Positions 53,639-61,861 of a DNA stretch of 64,000 nt are shown here, piece by piece. Within the stretch, counting starts at the first letter, position 1. Each line of letters starts with the position of its first letter. Source of the DNA: a virus. The stretch covers positions 6,657 through 70,656 of the IMG/VR virus record IMGVR_UViG_3300040801_003310; one strand, written 5' to 3'. The notes below the pieces were generated by a model, which did no database searches, was not told the origin of the DNA, and saw only the letters and a program-made list of their open reading frames with translations. Both the position numbers and the translations under genes were made by a program.

Positions 53639-55192
53639 ATGAAAATACACGAACTATTAAACGAATCTATTCTTTTTGAATCGCGAGGCTTAGCTGCACG
53701 ATCGCCAGGCGATCCATTTGTCTCTGTTGACGGCTCCGAAGATCCAATGGAATTTGTATCCATTGAATTTATTCCTAATTCGGGCAATCTCGAACGTGAT
53801 GAACTAGTTTTGGCAGTGGAATCAGCAGAAGAAGAAAACGAAAATATAATCTGGACCAATAAAAACACCAAAGGGATGGGCGGGTTTGGTCTGGCACGAT
53901 TCCGTACTGAGGACGGTAACGAACGAGTGTATGGTAGGTTTTTTAAAGAAATCAAACTTCCGCATGAAACCAATCCGTGGGAAAACAAAGGAATACCCGG
54001 ATATCAATTTGCTAGCAAAGTCGCAAAAAAGGAATCGGCCGGATACCAGCCAACTGAAGTATTATCTAACCTAGATAATTTAACGGCTGAAGATATCGTT
54101 GCACAGGTGCAAAAAAAGTTTGGAGCAAGGCATCCATTGACTATTGCAGCCAAGGCAGTGAGCTCAGGTGTATCATTCCCTATAACTGTCCCGGCCGTTG
54201 AAGGGGTTGACATCTCTTCATTCTCAAATTACTTCTGCGAAATACTCCATCCTATTGCTCTACAGCGCGGTCTATACTCTGGAAATGCTGGGGAGGCCGC
54301 GGAGAAGTTCTTAGGTGAAGACGGCTTTGAAAATACAAAAATTAGTTTTGGCACTTCAAAAACCGAAGGTTTGTCAGATAGCATTTTAACGTCCGACGAC
54401 GGTCTATCAATTAAGGTTAGCTCTAAAGCTGGTGCTGGAGCATCTGCAAGTGTTAAGAATTTAAGTAATGCCATTGAAGATATTAAAAAAGCAGGCAATC
54501 ATAAATTATTAGCCAAACTTGGTTCTACAATGGAACTATTATCGTTTATCGAAAAAGGGACGGCCAAATCAACACCCATTACCTTAGCCCAACACTTTGG
54601 CATTATTAATGAAAAAGAAGCCAATCAAGTTCGGGCTTTAGAAAAAGCTACAGTTACTGGATTAGAAACCTTTGAGACCGTGTCAAATCATGGCGGTGGG
54701 CTAAGTAAAAGACTACAGAAGATATTTAATGGTCGATCACCCAAGGATCCCTCGTCAGCTAATCCGTTTTTTCATATGTTAACTTGTTTAGCATATTTGG
54801 TAGCAGACCATGTCAATGATCCTAAATCTAAAATTTCATTCAGTACCGATGCAGCTAAAATTTTAAACCACTCGGCATTAGTACAAGTTCATACTAAAGC
54901 TAAAGCCAGTGGTGACAAATGGATATTGCAGGCATTTGAAACTAAGTATCCTGGAAATTTTGATATTAAGGTTGCTCTTGATCCATCTAAAGCATACGCG
55001 GCTACAAATATTAAAGGTAATATTACATTTAAAATACTCAAAAGCGGGCAAGACCCTAGAAAGTATTATGTTGATAGTGCTAAATCAGACTCGGCTGCTA
55101 AAAAGAAAGAACCCACCAAGAAAGTTACAGCGGCCGACCCAAGTGGTACCAAGTCGACCGAAAAAGGAAAAACTGGTCGAGCTAAACGATAA
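53639..55192 (+). CDS. Late protein with putative PD-(D/E)xK-like nuclease motif
   Basis: MKIHELLNE/SILFE/S N-terminus; FCEILHP...LSDSIL...KVSSK; TAAATA at 53608. Confidence 0.6.
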   Translation: MKIHELLNESILFESRGLAARSPGDPFVSVDGSEDPMEFVSIEFIPNSGNLERDELVLAVESAEEENENIIWTNKNTKGMGGFGLARFRTEDGNERVYGRFFKEIKLPHETNPWENKGIPGYQFASKVAKKESAGYQPTEVLSNLDNLTAEDIVAQVQKKFGARHPLTIAAKAVSSGVSFPITVPAVEGVDISSFSNYFCEILHPIALQRGLYSGNAGEAAEKFLGEDGFENTKISFGTSKTEGLSDSILTSDDGLSIKVSSKAGAGASASVKNLSNAIEDIKKAGNHKLLAKLGSTMELLSFIEKGTAKSTPITLAQHFGIINEKEANQVRALEKATVTGLETFETVSNHGGGLSKRLQKIFNGRSPKDPSSANPFFHMLTCLAYLVADHVNDPKSKISFSTDAAKILNHSALVQVHTKAKASGDKWILQAFETKYPGNFDIKVALDPSKAYAATNIKGNITFKILKSGQDPRKYYVDSAKSDSAAKKKEPTKKVTAADPSGTKSTEKGKTGRAKR

Positions 55193-55193
55193 C

Positions 55194-55220
55194 AAAAACC
55201 CCGCGTCAGGCGGGGTTTTT
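55194..55220. terminator. Bidirectional intrinsic terminator
   Basis: AAAAACCCCGC-GTCAG-GCGGGGTTTTT. Confidence 0.85.
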
Positions 55221-55363
55221 GTTCATATAACAATTTTATCCAAGTATCTAATATATAACTATTGTTTTGAGGGCTTTTCTCAGTTTATTGCTTTCGCTCA
55301 CCTGTACCCGACATGTCATTTCAATCTAATCTATTTCAGTAACTCTTTAATATTTAGTATCAA

Positions 55364-55561
55364 TTAAAAATGTCGCATATTCATAATCCTCATCAGGGTA
55401 ACAAACCTCGACATGTTTTTGCAGTCTGTAAATGAGACAACTATGTATTGCGTCCCACCTTCTACAGTATAGTTGGTTTTAAACCGCCCGTCAAGTCGTT
55501 TAACAACATTCTGGACATATACTGCATTGCCGCCTTTGGCCCAGAACGACATGGAACACAT
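55364..55561 (-). CDS. Hypothetical protein
   Basis: 65 aa, coupled. Confidence 0.5.
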   Translation of the reverse strand: MCSMSFWAKGGNAVYVQNVVKRLDGRFKTNYTVEGGTQYIVVSFTDCKNMSRFVTLMRIMNMRHF

Positions 55562-55824
55562 TAGAACTTACTCGTCCACTGATTAATCAGATGGTTGCCG
55601 TCGATGATCTGCCCAACCCGCTTGGCCGAGATCATTTTGCCGCCACCAGGTTTTGGAAAAGCGTCAACATATTGAAATTCGGTCTGCGTAAGCGCCAGGC
55701 GGAGATCGTAAGTAACAGCTTCTATTGCCTCTCCGTTGCTCAATGCAAACACGCCGCTACCGTTGAGCAACAGAATTGCATCATCGTCAAGAATATCGTA
55801 ATCGTTAGCTTTTACGTTAGTCAT
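55561..55824 (-). CDS. Hypothetical protein
   Basis: 87 aa. Confidence 0.6.
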   Translation of the reverse strand: MTNVKANDYDILDDDAILLLNGSGVFALSNGEAIEAVTYDLRLALTQTEFQYVDAFPKPGGGKMISAKRVGQIIDGNHLINQWTSKF

Positions 55825-56200
55825 CCTCTTTTTCCTCGTGTCGAAGTTGGCTCACCAAATACTGGTTACGAACATCCTGCTCTTTTCGTTCCAGTCGCTT
55901 TTGCGTAAACAACTTCAGGTGGTTAACATAATAATCGCGGGCCCACTGAACACCATGGAGGAACGATGCGACTTCATCCATGTCGCCAAAATAAATTCGA
56001 GCGCCGCTAACAAACGTCGGCCAGCATTCGCCATCGGTGGTTAAAACAAACCGATTGTCGTTGGTGAACGGTGACTGACTGAACGTAAACCCCAATTGGC
56101 TTGCTTCTTCCATTAGCTGTACAAGGGCTCGGTATTCGGTTATTCCTACTCCACGCACTGACTTTCTCCTTGGTAGTAAGTGGGGTAATACCCCACGCAC
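55817..56200 (-). CDS. Hypothetical protein with two alternative in-frame GTG starts
   Basis: AAGGAG-N6-GTG occurs twice, 42 nt apart. Confidence 0.65.
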   Translation of the reverse strand: MRGVLPHLLPRRKSVRGVGITEYRALVQLMEEASQLGFTFSQSPFTNDNRFVLTTDGECWPTFVSGARIYFGDMDEVASFLHGVQWARDYYVNHLKLFTQKRLERKEQDVRNQYLVSQLRHEEKEDD

Positions 56201-56466
56201 TGACTTTCTCCTTGGTAGTATGAACTAAGGACTACAATATACACTCGATCTGGATGATCTGCAACCTTTTCGCCAACGCATGACGATGGGGTCCACTTAA
56301 CTTTTGAAAAATCCTCCGGCCGTATAGGACCATAATCGGTCAGGGCTTGGAGCGACTTTTCAGAAATTGTCTCACTGGGAGACATTGGGCGGGCTGTTAG
56401 CGTCATGCCGCGGTGTTTGAATTTAAACGGTTTCATGAAAAACGCATCAACTGCATCGTAGCTCAT
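56146..56466 (-). CDS. Hypothetical protein
   Basis: 106 aa, C-terminal YYQGESQCV duplicated. Confidence 0.6.
   Translation of the reverse strand: MSYDAVDAFFMKPFKFKHRGMTLTARPMSPSETISEKSLQALTDYGPIRPEDFSKVKWTPSSCVGEKVADHPDRVYIVVLSSYYQGESQCVGYYPTYYQGESQCVE
56151..56220. repeat. 28-bp exact direct repeat (42-bp period)
   Basis: CCACGCACTGACTTTCTCCTTGGTAGTA at 56151 and 56193. Confidence 0.95.
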
Positions 56467-56702
56467 ACTTTGAAAACCTCGCGAGCAATATTCAATGCAT
56501 CATTACGACCGTCACTCATGCCACGGTTATATGTTTTCTCAAAGGCATCGCGCATTGCATTTGCCATAGCTTGGCCATCGAGACCCACATCACCATCCTT
56601 AAAAAGGGCTGCAACACTTTCCTGGGGGTTGCCGGCGTGGTCGAGATATTCTGCAACAACCTCGAAGAAAACACCGTTACGCTTAACCACAAACTTGACC
56701 AT
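56463..56702 (-). CDS. Hypothetical protein
   Basis: 79 aa, coupled. Confidence 0.65.
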   Translation of the reverse strand: MVKFVVKRNGVFFEVVAEYLDHAGNPQESVAALFKDGDVGLDGQAMANAMRDAFEKTYNRGMSDGRNDALNIAREVFKV

Positions 56703-56987
56703 TTACATGCTCCAGTAGGTTTCGGAACTCGGATCACAGCACCGCGGGGTGTTCACGCTGATCCGCACGTCCTTACCGGACATCAGGTTCTTGACGACTT
56801 TGATCTTCTCGATGTTTGCGCGGAAGTAACCAACTTCGGCAACGTCCCAATTGTAACGATGCTCGATTTTACCCTTCTTCCATGCACGGGTCAGTGCGGC
56901 TTTAGCAGCGGCTTCGGTTGCGTAATACTCTTTGCCCTTCACGTACAGAGTGCGGGTGGTTTCTTTGTTGTACACGACGTATGCCAT
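56703..56987 (-). CDS. Early phage protein
   Basis: AGGAG SD; KNLMSG...NTPRCCDPSSETYWSM. Confidence 0.75.
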   Translation of the reverse strand: MAYVVYNKETTRTLYVKGKEYYATEAAAKAALTRAWKKGKIEHRYNWDVAEVGYFRANIEKIKVVKNLMSGKDVRISVNTPRCCDPSSETYWSM

Positions 56988-57020
56988 TTGCTTGCTCCTG
57001 TTTGCTTACCCTATGCGTCT

Positions 57021-57129
57021 ATTATATGGATTTTGGGCGGGGCAGTCAACCGTTTTTAGTAATTAAAAGCACAGGTTTGTAAGTCATTAATTTTGCTAGA
57101 GAAAAAACTCTTTAAGAATCAACAACTTA
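57021..57129 (-). promoter_or_regulatory. Early promoter module: sigma70 + 19-bp box + IHF sites
   Basis: TTGACT-N17-TATAAT (57021-57049), box at 57054, IHF-like sites at 57080 (inverted, 1 mismatch) and 57117. Confidence 0.75.
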
Positions 57130-57133
57130 CAAT

Positions 57134-57352
57134 TCAGTAGGAATAATCGACGTCTGACTCCCAATCGGACAGCATATCGTCCAGTGCAGAAAACCGCTCC
57201 ATCAGCCCGTTAGTGGCCGCCAGGTGACGATCACGCATCATGATGACTTGGGGGTCCACTTCGTGGGCGATCATGTTGATCAGTTCGTCGCGCTGGGTAG
57301 CGAGTGCAACATATATGTCCTGGATTTCTTGACGGGAAAGTTCGACGTTCAT
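57134..57352 (-). CDS. Hypothetical protein
   Basis: 72 aa. Confidence 0.65.
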   Translation of the reverse strand: MNVELSRQEIQDIYVALATQRDELINMIAHEVDPQVIMMRDRHLAATNGLMERFSALDDMLSDWESDVDYSY

Positions 57353-57379
57353 CTGCGTACCCTCTGCTATAGTTAGCGT

Positions 57380-57580
57380 TCAATTTCTCAACAGAATGAA
57401 CTTAAACCCTTCTGGCATACCCCAGTCGTCGGGGTATTCGTCTTCGTCGGCTACTTCACGAGAAGTAAAATTAATCGAATACACAGACCCCTCGTCGTTT
57501 GGGTCTGAGAACATAACTTCAACGTTGCCGTGCTGTTTTCCCAGCTTCTCCAACCGAGCAATTAATTGTTTGACTTTCAT
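57380..57580 (-). CDS. Hypothetical protein
   Basis: Start reassigned to MKVKQLIARL downstream of the promoter. Confidence 0.65.
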   Translation of the reverse strand: MKVKQLIARLEKLGKQHGNVEVMFSDPNDEGSVYSINFTSREVADEDEYPDDWGMPEGFKFILLRN

Positions 57581-57610
57581 CTGCCTACCCTTTGCTCTAA
57601 CTATGGGCAT

Positions 57611-57694
57611 ATTATAGCCGCTGCGACCCAAAATGTCAACCATTTTTAGTAATTAAAAGTACGAATTTATAAGTCGTTGAAAATCAACGACTTA
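57611..57694 (-). promoter_or_regulatory. Early promoter module: sigma70 + 19-bp box + palindromic IHF pair
   Basis: TTGACA-N17-TATAAT, box at 57644, TAAGTCGTTGA-AAA-TCAACGACTTA at 57670-57694. Confidence 0.8.
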
Positions 57695-57700
57695 CACGGT

Positions 57701-58423
57701 TCAGTCAAATTTCAAGTCAGTGGCAGGGTACATCTCGTTGACCATTGCATCAATATCCAGTTTGCCCTTCTTGCCGTTTAGTGCAGCCCAGGCTCGGACC
57801 TTTTTGTATGCCTCAGCCATAGCCGGCCAGTCGCTTTCAAACAACTCAACACCAAACCCAAACGACTGGTGAAAAGTTTTATTCTGATCTTTTGCACCAC
57901 CACCGCCACCAGTTCCAGTATAAATTCGAGTTCCTTTCCACATATCACTCGAACCAGGATAGCATCCAAGTTGGTTCTTATAAGACTGCACCACGTAATC
58001 AAACCGTCCGCGCCAGCCCGGATAACCTCGCGGGGCATTTTCGTTCAGGCCTCCCCAGTTCGTGACTCCGTCGTGCGGACAACTATGCGTGTTAGGAACA
58101 CGATCTGTCCATTTAATGGAAAACGTCGAGAAGTAAAGAATGGGCGTCGGCCGAATCGTTCTGCCACCCGAGAAAGACTCCGAAACGCCAATGGCAGCAA
58201 AAACGTCACGGTGGTGAAGAATTGCTGCTTGAAGCTGGTTAAGGCTCTGGACTTTGTTCCAGAAGTTTTCAGCCCACCATTCTTTTTCGGCGCGTCTCTG
58301 TTGCTTTAGTTTTTTAATGCGGCGATTCTCAGCAGCAATCTTTCGAATATGCTTCTGGTACTTGACCTTGTCTTCGAAGAGTTTGCCGGTTTTGTCGCAC
58401 TTGTATGCAGTAATGACACTCAT
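57701..58423 (-). CDS. Phage hypothetical protein
   Basis: 240 aa; NTHSCPHDGVTNWGG...GYPGWRG. Confidence 0.75.
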   Translation of the reverse strand: MSVITAYKCDKTGKLFEDKVKYQKHIRKIAAENRRIKKLKQQRRAEKEWWAENFWNKVQSLNQLQAAILHHRDVFAAIGVSESFSGGRTIRPTPILYFSTFSIKWTDRVPNTHSCPHDGVTNWGGLNENAPRGYPGWRGRFDYVVQSYKNQLGCYPGSSDMWKGTRIYTGTGGGGGAKDQNKTFHQSFGFGVELFESDWPAMAEAYKKVRAWAALNGKKGKLDIDAMVNEMYPATDLKFD

Positions 58424-58457
58424 CTTGTAACCATTATGATTTTACTGGATTGGGTGT

Positions 58458-58519
58458 ATTATGCAGAATTTGGAAAGTGATGTCAACCGAAATGTTTTTG
58501 TTTTAAAATCAATGACTTA
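58458..58519 (-). promoter_or_regulatory. Early promoter with IHF site
   Basis: TTGACA-N17-CATAAT; AATCAATGACTTA at 58507. Confidence 0.7.
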
Positions 58520-59068
58520 CAGCAACATCTCGATTACTGCTTGTAGCCCGTCTTGCGTTAAGTTCTCAAGTTCTGTAAAAACTTTTGCTAGCTCATGCTG
58601 ATATTCAACCAAAACAAACTGGACATTTAAGTTATCCCGAATAACTGATCGAACGTTCATTTGGTATGCTTGTTCAATCACCTTTTCAATTTTGTCTTCA
58701 GTTTCAATAGGTGCCAAATTAAACCCAAGCATTAGAACAATGTCGGACGTTTGCGCTGTTAAATTGAGAGCAACAACATCATCCTTATTTTTGTGGGCAG
58801 GCCCTTTAAATTGCCCATCAAACATTTTGAGCCCGACGGGCCGACCAAGTTCGCTGTAAAAATCTCGTGGAATGTAAAAGTTCGTTACTGCATGCATGGC
58901 GCGCTGCATTAACATCTTTGCTTCAGTTAAATCAGTACAAATGATATTGTCAGTCTTGTAATTTTTCCAAGTATGCCAGGAACCCCAGGCTGGGCCAATT
59001 GAGCGTATTAACTCTGGGTCTGCAAACGCAGGTGGCGTGATTTGTGATATAACCCATGAAACTTTCAT
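58517..59068 (-). CDS. Hypothetical protein (possible degenerate Maf/MptE-like Rossmann fold)
   Basis: DNIICTD, IVLMLGFNL; 5 nt after TAAATA. Confidence 0.55.
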   Translation of the reverse strand: MKVSWVISQITPPAFADPELIRSIGPAWGSWHTWKNYKTDNIICTDLTEAKMLMQRAMHAVTNFYIPRDFYSELGRPVGLKMFDGQFKGPAHKNKDDVVALNLTAQTSDIVLMLGFNLAPIETEDKIEKVIEQAYQMNVRSVIRDNLNVQFVLVEYQHELAKVFTELENLTQDGLQAVIEMLL

Positions 59069-59076
59069 ATGCTTAT

Positions 59077-60096
59077 TTAGTACCCAGGATCACGTTCTAA
59101 GTCCAAAGTTACGCAGTGAAACCCACCGCCAAGTGTACGAGCATGTCGTAGTTCCAGTGGGATTACTGTAAAGTTTTTCTTTTCCAATTCCTTTATGATT
59201 GCATCTTGGTTCTTGTCAACTACAACCGTAAAGTTGCCAAGAGCAAGCATGTTTATTGCAATCCATTTTGATGCATATGGATACCCTTCGAACCCTTGCG
59301 GGTTGATCATATCCTCGGTAATATAAATCTTGCTATGGTCTTTTAAAAATGCAGGGAGGTTATCATCATTGACTCGTTCGCCGTTGAGAACTAACCAGTT
59401 ATACTCAATTGGAACTATGGTTGAGTCAATGTGCGCTGCATCATAGACATCAGTAACGTGTACTCTATAATCCGGTAACATGTTTTGTAACCAATATGCT
59501 CCAGCACGGTTACCAGTTGATGATACCAAGTATAGTAAGTCATACCCGAACCTAGCAATGTTTGCGGCATCAAACGCTGGCTCGCAATTAGTTAGATGGA
59601 ACTTACTCGATTTAACATAGTTTTCAGTATCAAGTAACCTTGGCCTCGGTGCAGCCCACCAACGCATGCCTGACTCGATTGCAGCCCGACGTATGCTATC
59701 AAATGCCAAGACTTCGTGTTGCCTTGCTCGTGTTGACATAGGTGCTTCAATAACTTGGTCACCAAGTACAAGTAACGTATCTCTAGGACAATAAGCATAT
59801 TGCCCGTCGCTTGACCAATCTAATGTTCGTACAGTTTTAGAAAAATCAATAACGTCTGGTCTTAAAACTTTTATCCCAAGTCCAGATAGCGCATTGGCTA
59901 ATACCTCTAAATCTTCGTTTGTTTCTTCTATTATTTTTTTTGAAACACAGCCAACCGGCGGCGGGGTATCTTTCCAGCCAGCAAACTTCATCGATTGCTG
60001 GAATAACTTATCGTGTACTGGAAAATTCGCATTGGTTGCTGATCCAACTATTACAGTTTTAAGTGGATCATATTCGTTAAACGAATGTATTCTCAT
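59077..60096 (-). CDS. Amidinotransferase (glycine/inosamine-phosphate amidinotransferase family)
   Basis: NEYDPLKTVIVG, YCPRD, FDAAN, HIDST, GGGFHCVTLD. Confidence 0.9.
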   Translation of the reverse strand: MRIHSFNEYDPLKTVIVGSATNANFPVHDKLFQQSMKFAGWKDTPPPVGCVSKKIIEETNEDLEVLANALSGLGIKVLRPDVIDFSKTVRTLDWSSDGQYAYCPRDTLLVLGDQVIEAPMSTRARQHEVLAFDSIRRAAIESGMRWWAAPRPRLLDTENYVKSSKFHLTNCEPAFDAANIARFGYDLLYLVSSTGNRAGAYWLQNMLPDYRVHVTDVYDAAHIDSTIVPIEYNWLVLNGERVNDDNLPAFLKDHSKIYITEDMINPQGFEGYPYASKWIAINMLALGNFTVVVDKNQDAIIKELEKKNFTVIPLELRHARTLGGGFHCVTLDLERDPGY

Positions 60097-60620
60097 TCAC
60101 TTAAAATTCCAGTTAATTGCAAAGTATACCGATCAGTGATCCCACAATTGGACGCAGTATGTGGCGCTAGTTCTGTCCACCATACATAATCTCCTGCTTT
60201 CCACGCGGGCATTACTTCATTTCCTAGATCTAAGTAATGACCCGATTTCCAATCTTCTAAGAAGACTAGTGCTCGGCAGATAGTTCCTGGCTCGGTTGAA
60301 TACATAGATTTAAATCTCACGAAGGTATCAACATGAGTTGGTAAGATGACACCTGGTGTCATCTTATAAAAAGACCACGACAAGTGTTTCCACTTTAAAA
60401 TACGTTCGTAAATTGAAACATCAAACCAGTCTGGTGTTGAGTTTCGCATGTCGTACATTTCGCCTGTGAAATGTACATTAGTATATCCTAGGTCCCGCCA
60501 TAATGAAACACTCTCCGGATCGTTAAATGGCTCACGCGCATACGGCAGTAACCTGTGCTCGTTCTTAGACCACAGGAGTTTAAAATGTCCTTTTCCAGTA
60601 TTATACTCTGGTGTTACCAT
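60093..60620 (-). CDS. 2OG-Fe(II) oxygenase (Asp/Asn hydroxylase-like cupin)
   Basis: PGVILPTHVD (HxD), WKAGD, PHTASN, RYTLQLTG. Confidence 0.8.
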   Translation of the reverse strand: MVTPEYNTGKGHFKLLWSKNEHRLLPYAREPFNDPESVSLWRDLGYTNVHFTGEMYDMRNSTPDWFDVSIYERILKWKHLSWSFYKMTPGVILPTHVDTFVRFKSMYSTEPGTICRALVFLEDWKSGHYLDLGNEVMPAWKAGDYVWWTELAPHTASNCGITDRYTLQLTGILSE

Positions 60621-61830
60621 AATGAACTACTTTATATTTTTCTAGTCTTTTGTTCGTTCTTCGCCATGGGTCTACTATAACACTTCCTTCTAAAATATCA
60701 AAGTAGAATGGACTCTTACGAAGGTCACCAATATAGTTATAGGTAACCTCTGCATTATGCGCTAACAAAACTACCGCTTTAGTAGGAGGAATATCGTCGC
60801 CGGTCATTGGATCCGCATATATTACTTCCTGCCCGGCTTGCTCTAAATAATACCCGACTAACAATGAGTAAGATCCAATGGTATAAGGAACGTTTGGTTT
60901 ATATGCTTTACCATGTATTACAATTGGTAACTTATTTTCTTCGGCTTGCTGAATTAAAAAGTCTGCTAAATTCTTCGCCTGTACTTCGCGAGCAGTCATA
61001 ATGGCTGAGAATAGATCATAACCAAAATCATATCGTTGTGCAAAATGACTAAGGGCAATATTGTCGCGTGGGTGGCAAGCGCCTGCATCTCCCATTCCTG
61101 GAATCATGTATTGTGGTCCCATGATGCGCATTGTGCTCTTAGCCAGCGCGGCGGAAACCACTTCGGCATTCATATTACCTACTTTCATTGCAGCATCTTG
61201 GATCATATTAACAATCCCAATCTTAGCCGAAATGAAGGTATTATAAAAGATTTTTATTCCTTCAGCTTCTTCCCAGGTACCGGTTTCATAACGTGGATCA
61301 TTTTGCATCATTGGCTTATAAATTTCAATCAACTCTGCCACTCGTGGATCTTTACCGTCCTTACTACCAATAATGATCATTTCCGGGTGAACCATGTCCC
61401 AACTAACCGACCCCATTGCAATCAAATATGGATTATAAATGAGTGTATGGTTATCTAGTAGATCATCAAATTCTCGACGAGTCGTACCTGGCAGGACCGT
61501 GCTAATTAATACAATATTTTTATCGGCGGTAGCAGTTCTGTTTATCTCTGTTAACACATCTTTAACTATAGCATAGTCAAAGTCTTTAACTGGTAAATGT
61601 GATGTCGGGGCCGAACCATCATACTCTTCGTCATGCGGCGTCGGTACTGCAATAAAAATCCAATCGCTGTTCTCGACCACTTCGCCTATTGAGGAATATG
61701 GCTGGACTCGAGCAGTAACCTCCGGGCTTACAATATCATAGCCACAAGTAGGATAGTATTGTCCGAATACTTCTGCACACGGTAATCCTAATTTCCCTAA
61801 ACCAATAAAACCAATTCTTATATTTTTCAT
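60601..61830 (-). CDS. ugd: UDP-glucose/GDP-mannose dehydrogenase family
   Basis: GLGKLG, IAVPTP, STVLPGTT, YNP, AEGIKIFYN, GDAGACHPRD, AYKP, VDPW. Confidence 0.9.
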   Translation of the reverse strand: MKNIRIGFIGLGKLGLPCAEVFGQYYPTCGYDIVSPEVTARVQPYSSIGEVVENSDWIFIAVPTPHDEEYDGSAPTSHLPVKDFDYAIVKDVLTEINRTATADKNIVLISTVLPGTTRREFDDLLDNHTLIYNPYLIAMGSVSWDMVHPEMIIIGSKDGKDPRVAELIEIYKPMMQNDPRYETGTWEEAEGIKIFYNTFISAKIGIVNMIQDAAMKVGNMNAEVVSAALAKSTMRIMGPQYMIPGMGDAGACHPRDNIALSHFAQRYDFGYDLFSAIMTAREVQAKNLADFLIQQAEENKLPIVIHGKAYKPNVPYTIGSYSLLVGYYLEQAGQEVIYADPMTGDDIPPTKAVVLLAHNAEVTYNYIGDLRKSPFYFDILEGSVIVDPWRRTNKRLEKYKVVHYGNTRV

Positions 61831-61861
61831 AAACTACCCATTACAACTAATATATATTAGT

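Noticed and set aside
55260-55320. Hammerhead ribozyme or c-di-GMP riboswitch in the gap
   Set aside because: GAAA and CTGAGA are present but the CUGANGA core and required stems are not; kept only as a generic sRNA candidate
56151-56220. 28-bp direct repeat as a mini CRISPR array
   Set aside because: Only two copies, a 14-nt gap, lies in coding sequence, no cas genes
48500-58500. GC-richer segment as a foreign island or prophage
   Set aside because: No integrase, transposase or att repeats; small genes behind sigma70 promoters are typical of a phage early region
59077-60096. Amidinotransferase as an archaeosine synthase for the deazaguanine pathway
   Set aside because: It is AGAT/StrB1 (pentein) family, not ArcS, QueF-L or Gat-QueC; no queC to supply preQ0 is visible, and it is about 45 kb from the cluster
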